Source: Squalus acanthias
Taxonomy: Eukaryota
Length of the DNA: 64,000 bases
Direction of reading: 5' to 3'
NCBI GenBank assembly: GCA_030390025.1
Contig: CM059432.1
Coordinates: 45,634,001-45,698,000, forward strand
Made by a program: the position numbers and the translations under genes. The notes beneath the pieces were generated by a model that was not told the DNA's origin, ran no database searches, and saw only the letters and a list, made by a program, of their open reading frames with translations. The stretch's first letter is position 1. The number at the start of each line of letters is the position of its first letter. Below are positions 39,191 to 48,850 of this stretch, piece by piece.

Positions 39191-40223
39191 TTATCTCCCC
39201 ACAGAATGAATCATTTTATAATTGTTTAATTCAAACTACCAACATTATCTTCTTCAGCATCACTTTCAGGAATGAGCTGTACACACCCTTTTATCACAAA
39301 ACAAACACCTTGCAACACATTTATGTCACATCTGAACTCATATGATTTATTGATGCTGTGATTTTGGGAGCATACTGGATTATTGCTTTCTTTGCTGTCT
39401 TTCCTTGAATGTGTTTAAAATATAAGCAAGATTTTTTTCCTGAAACAATCAATTATTTGGTTACTATGTTGGGGTTATTTGCTTGTTGGCAGGACCACTT
39501 CAATTATAAAAGAGGGCTGATTTTTGTCTCTCTTCTCCTCAGAATGTTCAGTTCCCAGTTTCAAAGGAGAGCTAGAAATTCATTATAGCCCAGGAATGGG
39601 CGGTATCAGTAGAAAAGTTGGAGAATTAGCGGCAGGCGTAAATGCTTTAGACAGCATGCAAAATTCGTGCTCAGTGATCAAAAAAGTGATTGGAGTCCTA
39701 ATTCAAGACTTAGGGGTAAAAATTCACTTGGTTGCGCCTCCCGTTAGCGCCTTAAGAGGGCGCTAATGGGGCGTTAAGCCGCTAACGCCCGGGCGCAGCG
39801 CTGTTTGCGCCGCTCGAGAACTTAACTTGAGATTGTGCGGCGGCGCTAAAACTTACCGCTGCGACCACCTGCGCGCGCAGATTGTGACGTCATTCCATGG
39901 TGCAACGCCCTTGGGGCGCCCCGGAGCGGAAATTGAGTGGCGCCCCCTGCCTTACCGCCTGGCGCTTCCAACGACCGGAAGACTGGAACGTTATCAATCG
40001 GTGTGGGGCTGGGGGGGGCGCTATTTAAAGGGGGCCTCTTCCTGTCTTTTTCTGTGGTCGACATTTATGCACCACTCGTTCTGAGAGAGAGAGAGAGATT
40101 CGGGAAGAGAGAGAGAGAGACTTCTACATTGACTCAACGCTTTGTGAGGTAGTTTTGCCTATTCATCCTAACTTTGTTGCTACTTTAGTTGCTGTACCTC
40201 ATTACTTTTCTGGCAAAGAGAAT

Positions 40224-41384
40224 ATGGGGGCTGCAATGATTGGGGGCGTCGTCCTGCTCCAGCTGAATCGGAGGATACAGAGACGCAGACAGAGAGTGGC
40301 AATGATGGCCAGACGGAGGAGGGCCATCAGGCGCATGTACAGGAGAGCTTACCCTCCCAGGGTATATCGTGAACAGCTCTCCTACATCCATATGTCCGAG
40401 GAGCTGTGTTTGCGGAGGCTGCGATTCAGCAAGGAGGTGGTCACTGAGCTCTGCCACCTGCTGCAGCCAGATCTGCAGCCTCAGCTGAGGTCCAGGACGT
40501 CTCTGTCGGTGGCAGTGAAGGTCACAGTGGCTTTGAACTTCTACGCCACTGGCTCATTCCAAGCTGCTGCTGGGGACCTCGCCAATATCTCCCAGTTTGC
40601 GGTGCATCGCTGCATCCGGCAGGTCACCAATGCCCTCTTCAGAAGGAGACGAGACTTCATCTCTTTCCCTATGACCCCAGACAAGCAGCGTGACCGTGCT
40701 CTGGGCTTTGCGAGGGTAGCGGGCTTCCCCATGGTGCAGAGCGCCATTGACTGCACGCATGTGGCTTTGCGTGCTCCGCGAGAGAATGCAGAGGAATTCA
40801 GGAACAGGAAGGGGTTCCATTTCTTGAATGTGCAGTTGGTCTGTGACCACAGACAGCTGATACTCGCTGTCAATGCCCACTATCCGGGCAGCTGCCACGA
40901 TGCTTTCATCCTGCGCCAGACTACTGTGGCAGAAGTTTTCGAGGCACCGCATCAGCCAGTTGGTTGGCTTCTGGGGGACAAGGGGTATGCATTGAGCACC
41001 TGGCTGATGACACCGCTCCGTACGCCAAACACCCCTGCTGAGCTGCGGTACAATGAAAGCCATCAAGCAACCAGGAACATTATTGAGCGCACAATCGGCG
41101 TGCTGAAACAACGGTTCCGCTGTCTGGACCATTCCGGAGGAGCCCTGCAGTACTCGCCTGAGCAAGTTTCGAACTTCGTAGTCGTGTGCTGCATGTTGCA
41201 CAACATGGCAATCCTCAGGACCCAGCCAATGCCACCAGGCCTTGTAGCACCACCAGAGGAGGAGGAGGAAGAGGAGGAAGAGGACGAGGACGATGATCAT
41301 CAGCAGCACCAAGGCGGGAGGGCGGCCCACAATGGTCAAACTGCAAGGGCCGTCCGTCAACGACTAATAGCAAGCCGCTTCTAG
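40224..41384 (+). CDS. Harbinger/HARBI1-family DDE transposase, 386 aa from the first ATG
   Basis: Uninterrupted ORF with AIDCTH, HDAF, LLGDKGY and IIERTIG catalytic motifs, an N-terminal HTH-like region and an acidic tail. Confidence 0.93.
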   Translation: MGAAMIGGVVLLQLNRRIQRRRQRVAMMARRRRAIRRMYRRAYPPRVYREQLSYIHMSEELCLRRLRFSKEVVTELCHLLQPDLQPQLRSRTSLSVAVKVTVALNFYATGSFQAAAGDLANISQFAVHRCIRQVTNALFRRRRDFISFPMTPDKQRDRALGFARVAGFPMVQSAIDCTHVALRAPRENAEEFRNRKGFHFLNVQLVCDHRQLILAVNAHYPGSCHDAFILRQTTVAEVFEAPHQPVGWLLGDKGYALSTWLMTPLRTPNTPAELRYNESHQATRNIIERTIGVLKQRFRCLDHSGGALQYSPEQVSNFVVVCCMLHNMAILRTQPMPPGLVAPPEEEEEEEEEDEDDDHQQHQGGRAAHNGQTARAVRQRLIASRF

Positions 41385-41678
41385 GGCCCCTGCCATTGCT
41401 ACAAACACTAATCAACCCAGCACGCAACCCCTAAGCCGGCCAAGGCACCAATAATTCCAAGCACCAGCCATGTATATTTTGAAAACAGAAACTTATTTAT
41501 TTTACAAACTCTGTGTGTGTCAATTCCTCATGACAAACTCATAGAAATAAACACAAAAAAACAGTCAATAACATAACTGGTTCTCACAACCTGGAGATAA
41601 TGTCCAAAACACTAAACAAAAGTTGGACCACGACCCTCGGCCTTTAATAAAAAAATGACCAGCATTTTGGCACACCTC

Positions 41679-43663
41679 CTACTTTTTGCCCTTCGAGGGT
41701 GATCTCCTTCCCTTGCGCACTTCCCCCCTTCCAACCCTACTGCTCCTCCGTAATGGTACCTCAGTGGCTGCAGCAAGGCTGGTGGAAGGCTGCTGCTCGT
41801 CAGACCCTGACACTGCAGATGCCCCTGAAGGACGGCCTCGACCACTTCTGGGCCTGGAGGGCCCGGCTGCAGACTGCACCAACTCTGCATGGGCGGCAGC
41901 AGTCTGTCCTACAGGCGGTGGCAAGTGCAGTGGAGAAGTGACAGTGTTGGCAGCAGGAATGCTGTCATCGTGAGAGAGGACAGCAACTCCCTGCTCGCCC
42001 GACACACTGGCACTCCCACGGGGCAGCACTTCAGCATCCGGAGCAATCTGCCGGAGAACAGATTGCTGGCCTGCTGCGGCGCGGTGACAGCCCCGGGGAC
42101 ATGTGCACGAACCATCGAGGTTGGCAGCAGTCTGTGCTCGCGTGGCCTCCATCTGAGTCTGTATGAGAGCAGTCAGAGGTGGGATCACGGCAGCCAGTGA
42201 CTGAATTGCAGCACTAAGCATTAGTGTGGCATCCGCCTGTGCTACAGCGAAGTGCTCCACACTCCTTGCCAGTGACTCAATGCATTCGGGCACCCTTCCC
42301 ACTGCACCCATGAGCTCAGTGTGCATGCCCACCGCCTGGGTGTTCATTTCTGCGATCAGCCGCTCCTCCTCTGCGTCCATTGCAGTAGGAGTGTCTGGCA
42401 TACTCTCCCTCTGGGGAGAAGGCCCCCGTTCTTCCCTACCCCCCCCATGGCGTTGCTGCAGCCCGCTGGGTCCTGGAGCTTCACCATCATCAGCCCCTTC
42501 CCCCCTGCTCCCCTCCGGGGAAGGCGTGTTCCCAGTGTGGGCATGGGCTTCCTCGGGAGAGGGTGGCACTGATGCTCCGGCTTCCTCTTCCTCCTCGGCT
42601 GCAGCATCACTCCCAGTGGCAGCTTGAGGGCCCGTCTCCTCAGCTGGTGAATCACCATCTGAAAGCAGGGAGGTACAAGAGTGGCTTTAGCGTGAGGACA
42701 GGGTGGCAGTAAGGGAGGAATAAGTGCAGCGAGTTAGCAAGTTGGATTGAAAGTGTCAAAGGCTGGTATTGTGAGGGACAAGTGGAAGGACAGAGGACAA
42801 AAAGGTGATGACCTTACCATTGCTGTCCACAACGGGGTCGGCGTCTCCAGTGGCGACGGGACCGATCACCCGGCTTGCCACAATCCTGTGGACGCGCTCC
42901 TCCAGATCGCTGAGGGGTTGCAGCTGAAGCCGCCCTCCACCCGTCCGTTGCTGCTGTCTCCGATTATGAGCCAGCTTAGCCTGCAAGAAAAAGGACAGCA
43001 TCTGAGTCAATATACTGCCATGGTCTTGCCTGATGTGCCTCCCATAGGTGAATAGCCCTTACAATATACAGCCATGGTCTTGCCTGATGTGCCTCCCATA
43101 GGTGAATAGCCCTTACAATATACAGCCATGGTCTTGCCTGATGTGCCTCCCATAGGTGAATAGCCCTTACAATATACAGCCATGGTCTTGCCTGATGTGC
43201 CTCCCATAGGTGAATAGCCCTTACAATATACAGCCATGGTCTTGCCTGATGTGCCTCCCATAGGTGAAGAGCCCTTACTGTATGCAAAGTGTAGAATGTG
43301 TGTGTGTGTTTGATGAAAGGGCCATAGGTGTTGGATGAGTGTTGTGCATTGGGGTTTTAAGACCCTCTGGCCATAGAGTGAGGTTGAGATGGAGGGATGG
43401 AGAGGTATTGAGAAAAAGCCACTCACCCTGACGACCCGAGTGAGGTCGCTGAACTTTTTGCAGCATTGAACATGGGTCCTGGGCACCATGCTCCTGGAGG
43501 AGACGCTCTGAGCCACCTCCCTCCACACTCTTCTGAACTCGCGTGGCAAAGGCCTCCTGCCACTCTCCGGGAACAGCATACATCGTCTGCGCTCCACTGC
43601 GTCAACCAGAGCATCCAAGGCCCGCTCGGTGAAGCGATGAGCGCGTTCTCTCACCCTCTCCAT
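41679..43663 (-). CDS. Myb/SANT-like DNA-binding protein of element 4; exons 43663-43427, 42980-42818, 42658-41679; 459 aa
   Basis: RFTERALDAL...WREVAQSV...RTHVQCCKKF motif; GT-AG introns with matching phases (0, 1) give a 1380-nt open frame. Confidence 0.85.
43009..43278. repeat. Minisatellite, 5 x 54 bp, in intron 1 of the Myb gene
   Basis: Unit AATATACAGCCATGGTCTTGCCTGATGTGCCTCCCATAGGTGAATAGCCCTTAC, near-identical copies. Confidence 0.97.
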
Positions 43664-44240
43664 GCTTGGCAGCAAAATGGATTACAGGTCTCTCCAGGCC
43701 GAGATTCAAGGCTGCAATGAGCAGGGTGTGGCTGGGGAGCAAGTGGCCCCCCCCCCGCTTTAAGAAGTGGCCGGCGCCAGTGTGTCTGTGTTCCCTCGCT
43801 AACTGGCAGCAGCTGCGCTGCGCTCGTGCGCTGAGTTAGCGCCTCACTCCTAGGCCTTTGCGCCTTAAGACAGGTGTGCCGTGCCTGCTTTAGCGCTCCA
43901 CTCACCTCCCGGGGCGGTAAAAGTGAAGTTTCCTGTCAGTGCCGATAATTAGCGCCAGGCGCTAATATTTGCGTCCGGACGATATTTGCGCCCCAAATGG
44001 GGCGCGACCTAATTTCTACCCCTTAAAGCCCAAGCTCATTGGCGTTACACTCAAAGGGTGGACCAATATCGGGTGCAGTCTAATCGCAAGTCATGATTGC
44101 CACAGGCTTTTTTCAGTACTTAAAGGGGAGGTTCTTTGATGCTGCAGAACCTCATTCTCAGCATTGCTGGCTGTGCAGCTGCCTCAGCAAGCAGGAGCTG
44201 AACAATGAGAAGGAGCCAGAGGACTGAAGCAGCTGTACGC

Positions 44241-44873
44241 ATGGCAGATCCATGCCCCAGGGAGAGAGCCCGTAGATTCTGCGATCAAGCGTTGGAGGTG
44301 CTGGTGTTCGCTGTGGAGAGACGGAGGGCGGTGCTCTACCCGGCAAGTGGCAGGAGACCCTCGCTGCAAGTCTTCCGAACCATGTGGAGAGAGGTAGTGC
44401 AGCAGGTCTTGGGCAGCACTGTGGTCCCAAGGACCCACACACAGTGCAGGAAAAAATTTTACGACCTCACTCGGGTGGTCAGGGTGACTGAATGCTTCAA
44501 CAAATGCTACATATCACCATCTGTACCACAATCTTCACACACTGCCCAAAGCACCACACTCCCAGCACTCGCCCTCCAACAATCTCTACATAGCAACACT
44601 CACACCCTCATCTCACACCTTGCACACAATGCCAGCTATTCAACTATGGCAGGCACATCATCCAAACACATTGCTCCACACTCACTCACACACATTCCTC
44701 TCTCTTGCAGGCTAAGGTGGCTCACAACAGGAGGGAGCAGGAGCGCACAGGCGGGGGACAAACCGACACCCAACCACTGTCTGCGCTGGAGAATCGAGTG
44801 CTGCAGATTATTGGGCGCCAGGTGGTGGGCGCTGTGGCCACCAGTGATGTTGACCCCCTGAGGGACAACAATG
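44241..44873 (+). pseudogene. Myb/SANT exons 1-2 of the host Harbinger; exon 3 mostly deleted
   Basis: MADPCPRERARRFCDQALEVL...QCRKKFYDLTRVVR, an intron, then AKVAHNRREQERTGGG. Confidence 0.85.
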
Positions 44874-46441
44874 GTATGTTCATCCCTACTCCTTCTTCTC
44901 ACATCCCACTTCCACCAGCCCTGCTGCAGCCACTGGGCCAACACTTCAAAGGTTATTTTAATCTTTGGCTCAGAACAGCCGGGGGGCACCTTAGGTGGAG
45001 CAGTTGTGGGTGGCACCGCTGGAAGTCTGCCTCAATCATGCAAAATTACCCAGTCCTCCCAATTTAGGATGGGATTTGGATCTATGGCCTACTGCAAATG
45101 CAAAGAGAGGTTCCACTCCGTTACTCTTCTGCTGGCATAGCAGTCCTAAGTGAAAAAGAAAATGTCAATTGCAAGCACCATTTCACGTTAAATTAGAGAA
45201 ACAAAATAAGAGGAACTACCTGCAAACTGGTGGAACGTAAGTTCAGGACAGATGTCAGGAAGCTCTTCTTCATGCAAAGAGTGTGTAATACCTGGAATGG
45301 TGTTCTGGATTGGGTAGTGGAGGCAGAAACTCTGGAAATCATTCAACGCGCTAGGGGAACTGTAGATTTCTGTTTAAGGATGAGCTAGATGGGCCAACTG
45401 CTCTCTTTCATCTGTACTTTGTCACCTTTGTGAAAACAGTATCAACTGCATTTGTGTAAATGTGTGCATATCCAAATATTTAAAAACCGCATTCTCTGGC
45501 CATGGACCTTCTCAACTAGCTGTGGAATATCGTTGCAGTGGAGCAATGTGAAGACTGTATTGTTGGCCTGTATGGGTGCCAGCTGCTGGATAAAATGCCA
45601 GCCATTTTCAAAGCTACGTCGGCCATTTACTTTCCTGGAACACTTCTGCAGCTGCCTCCAGTGTGAAACAAACACCGCCAGAGCTGGTACTTCTTGCCAC
45701 CAGAGGAAGACGTGTTATCTGTTTCACCTTAGAGCCATGTTGAAAAAAATCAGGGCTGCTGGTGGCATGAGCCGTAAGGTAAATGCAACATAAGATTTAC
45801 AAAATAGTGAATGAACCAATAAATAAAGGACACTTATTTGATTACGGTTATATGGAGCAATTTGCAATTTACAAGAATAAACATTAATCGTTTATTGAAC
45901 ATATCATAGATAAGAGGTAGATAAAATGATATTACTTGACAATTAATGTGTTAAATCACTCAAACTTTACTCTTGTGGTTTCTCAGACTGCTTGACGTCA
46001 CATAATTTATTGCTGTGTTGTAACTCCATCTTGTCTGTATGCATTAATTCTATCTTTAGCATGCGGTTTTCGTGGCTTGTGACTATATTTCGCTCAGTCA
46101 GTTTGGAAATGCAAATAGCTTGCATGTTACCTTTTCACTCAAGAAGCTTTCAGTGTGAGTTCAGTCGTTACCAACATCAAGTAAAGAGGTGAGGGTGAAG
46201 AGCTGTGCTCGAAGAGCGATAGGGCTCTGGCACTGTACCACTGAATTTTCCGACCTGTTCTCCCTACAAGCTTGGAGGGTAGAATCAGAGAATTTACCCG
46301 ATGATTTTTGTTACTAGTACAAAGTTCTAATTTACAACAAATGCAATGTTGAAACTGTTACAGAAATGGTTCCTGAAATGTAGAAAATGCTGTGCCACAA
46401 ACTGGTAGAATGTAGTTTTGTGATCATGGTTCCTCACACCA

Positions 46442-46880
46442 GGGGGTAGTTTTCCGAATTTGGCATTCTGTAAACGCATATTAGAAATTTGGGCATGCTA
46501 ACACCTCTGCCACAGCATATGTTTGTTTCACACTGGAGGCAGCTGCATAAGTGTTCCAGGACTGTAAATGGCCGTCTGTAGCCTTGAAAATGGCTGCCAA
46601 TTTTGTTCCAGCTGCCAGCAGCCATAATGGCCAACAATACAGTTTTCACATTGCTTCCCTGCAAAGATCTTGCACAGCCAGATGGGAAGGCCCACAGCCA
46701 GAGAGTGGAGATTGCAAGTGTTATTTTTAAACTTCTGGATATTTAAATGTTTTCCATTTAAATTAACAGTCAGAGAATTGTGCGTATAACGTGTCCAAAT
46801 TTCCGGTCTGCACTCCCAGCAGGAGAGCCTCGCCGCAAGTATGGCTCCCTGCCGGAAGTGCAAAGTTGAAGAATTGCTCC
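46442..46880. mobile_element. Old MITE-like element; inverted partial copy at about 45460-45675
   Basis: Imperfect inverted ends GGGGTAGTTTTCCGAATTTGGCA / TGCAAAGTTGAAGAATTGCTCC; interior matches 45460-45675 in reverse. Confidence 0.55.
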
Positions 46881-46927
46881 TGTGTCTTCCTTTAACTGGG
46901 AGTGTGAGACAGTCAGTGAACTAAGGT

Positions 46928-47064
46928 TACAAAAAGAAAATACTGCAGATGCTGGAAATCTGAAATAAAAACAGAAAATGCTGGAGACACTCAGCAGGTC
47001 AGGCAGCATCTGTGAAGAGAGAAACAGAGTTAACGTTTCAGGTCGATGACCTTTCGTCTAACTA
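46928..47064 (-). mobile_element. Penelope-derived pseudo-LTR fragment (second family) with a degenerate hammerhead motif
   Basis: Minus strand AGUU-AGACGA-A-AGGUC-AUC-GACCU-GAAA-CG-UU-AACU; related fragments at about 16960, 20220, 31180, 48060 and 56160. Confidence 0.65.
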
Positions 47065-47249
47065 AGGTTATTGGCCTTCCCAAAGGGAGTAGGGTTGCCA
47101 ACACTGGTTGGACATATTCCCGTAAGTGTCATCACATGATCTCCTGCCTTGAACCGCCCCCAAACTCCTGCCATTGATCACCCAACATGCCCATAATTCC
47201 CATGCCAATTGAAAGTTAATAGACTCATTACCTGATTGGATGATTCTTG

Positions 47250-47469
47250 TGAGAAGTCGCACAACACCAGGTTATAGTCCAACAGTTTTATTTGAAATCA
47301 CAAACTTTCGGAGCTGCTGCTCCTTCGTCAGGTGAAGTTCACCTTCACCTGACGAAGGAGCAGTGCTCCGAAAGCTTGTGATTTCAAATAAAACTGTTGG
47401 ACTATAACCTGGTGTTGTGCGACTTCTCACTTTTGTCCACCCCAGTCCAACACCGGCATCTCCGCATCA
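47250..47469 (+). mobile_element. Penelope-like insertion: inverted pseudo-LTR pair plus 3' tail
   Basis: About 87-bp inverted arms (47250-47337 / 47343-47429), 40-nt tail, 13-bp TSD TGGATGATTCTTG. Confidence 0.88.
47345..47381 (+). ncRNA. Putative minimal type I hammerhead ribozyme
   Basis: UCAC-CUGACGA-A-GGAGC-AGU-GCUCC-GAAA-GC-UU-GUGA, with a palindromic AAGCUU in place of stem III. Confidence 0.72.
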
Positions 47470-48121
47470 TGGATGATTCTTGACTGCCAGTCAAACAGCC
47501 TTTTTTCCCATCTCCAATATTTTTATAACTAATAAACAAAAATGTAAACAGAAATGTTTTAAAACCCACGGCCCTATGATTTTCCTCCCTGGTTGCTCAC
47601 AGCAGTGTCTTAGAGATTAATCTTGAATTCCTGGAGACAGGAATTGCCAACCCTCCAGGATAACGAGTAGAGGAAGCTGAGTTAACTCTCAGCTTGTTCT
47701 GGACAGTTCAGAGTGCCAAAGGCAGCATTTGGAAATAGGTTACTTACTCACTGCCTTTTAGGAATTAAGTGGAGTGAACAATGTTCATGTGTTTTTGTTA
47801 ACATGACCATTGGAAATTCCCCAGAGCCCCACGCTGGAAATGACACAATAGCTGTTTGTAACTGTATCAAGTGGAGAATAGTTTTATCTTGTGCAAGAAA
47901 AAACAGCAAATTTAATCATTAGGCTTTTATATAGCTCTAAAAGTTGTTATTGTGACAAAAATGAACCCATTCTGCCTTGTTTTAGCTTTGTGGAGCTTCC
48001 TTTAATTCAGCACCAGTCACAGGGGTTTAAAGAAACAACTACAGCAGATAAAATAAAATGGCAAAACTATAAATGCTGGAAATCTGAAATAAAAGGATAG
48101 TATTAGATTAAAAGAGGCTTA

Positions 48122-48847
48122 GGGGGAAAATTGAGTCGCGCACCCTTTGGGGCGCTAACTTCGCCGGGGCACTACTTTCCTGAAAGAATTAGCGCCCCCG
48201 TGGCCGAAATTCTTCGGTAGCACCCCAAGAGGGAAGCGGGGCTCTACTGGAAGCGCCCCGCCTCCCTCTTGTGGCGCTGCGAGGGAATATCGTGGCGCTA
48301 CGTGCTGCAGGCCTTCCTCCCCTTCTTAAAGGGGAGCGGCCTTGCGCAGCGCGACCCGGGGCCCAGCTGGGCCATCAGGGATCGGAGTGCCGGCAAAAGA
48401 GCCCGGCACTCAAGAGAAGTGCCGGGCTCACGGAGCGCAGCCAGCACTCCGGAGGGGGGCTGGTCAGGAGGCCGGGGATGGCAACGGGGGCAGGTGCTGG
48501 CAGGCGGCCAGCAACAAAAATGACCTCCCGGCACCTCGCCTTTAATTAGCGCCACCCCGGCTGCAGGTAGGCCCCCCTGACCCCATCGGACATAGCGTCC
48601 GGCGGTAAGTCAGGGGGCGCTACCGAAGATCGCGGCTGGGGCGCGAGCGGGGCGCTGCGCACGGTGATGACATCATCGCCGGCGGCGCAGCACCACGGGG
48701 CGCTAACGGTTACTGCCACCGCTAACCTCCTGCTGAATTTCGCGGGAAGCGTTGGCGGCACTGCGCCCGGGCGCTAGTTGCTTTGCGCCCCGTTAGTGCC
48801 CTCTTAGGGTGCTAACGGGAGGCGCAAAGCAACCGAATTTTTAGGCC
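48122..48847. mobile_element. Harbinger MITE related to element 4, inserted in CR1
   Basis: TSD TTA (48119-48121, 48848-48850); both subtermini align with the ends of 39713-44022. Confidence 0.88.
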
Positions 48848-48850
48848 TTA

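Larger units (their letters stand above)
39713..44022. mobile_element. Complete PIF/Harbinger transposon with two open genes (element 4)
   Basis: TIR GGGGTA(A/G)AAATT, TSD TTA (39710-39712, 44023-44025), convergent uninterrupted ORFs. Confidence 0.95.
39569..44940 (+). mobile_element. Host Harbinger (Myb half) interrupted by element 4; own sequence is 39569-39712 and 44026-44940
   Basis: End GAGCTAGAAATTCATTATAGCCCAGG matches the reverse complement of 16637-16490; 44060-44160 matches the element 3 promoter region. Confidence 0.82.
47089..47655. mobile_element. hAT-like MITE hosting a Penelope insertion
   Basis: TAGGGTTGCCAAC left end; degenerate TTGCCAACCCT right end. Confidence 0.5.

Noticed and set aside
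40554..41360. 268-aa antisense ORF and similar shadows (12089-12658, 62305-62922)
   Set aside because: Opposite strand of real TE coding sequence; no recognisable motifs.
41679..42569. Separate third ORF in the Harbingers (also 26045-26869, 2235-3020, 13178-13732)
   Set aside because: It splices in frame to Myb exons 1-2 through canonical sites, so it is exon 3 rather than a cargo gene.
43009..43278. CRISPR-like array
   Set aside because: Units are contiguous and near-identical with no unique spacers; no cas genes; vertebrate intron context.
40224..43663. Domesticated host genes HARBI1/NAIF1
   Set aside because: Flanked by TIRs and a TSD, nested in another transposon, with decayed paralogues nearby.
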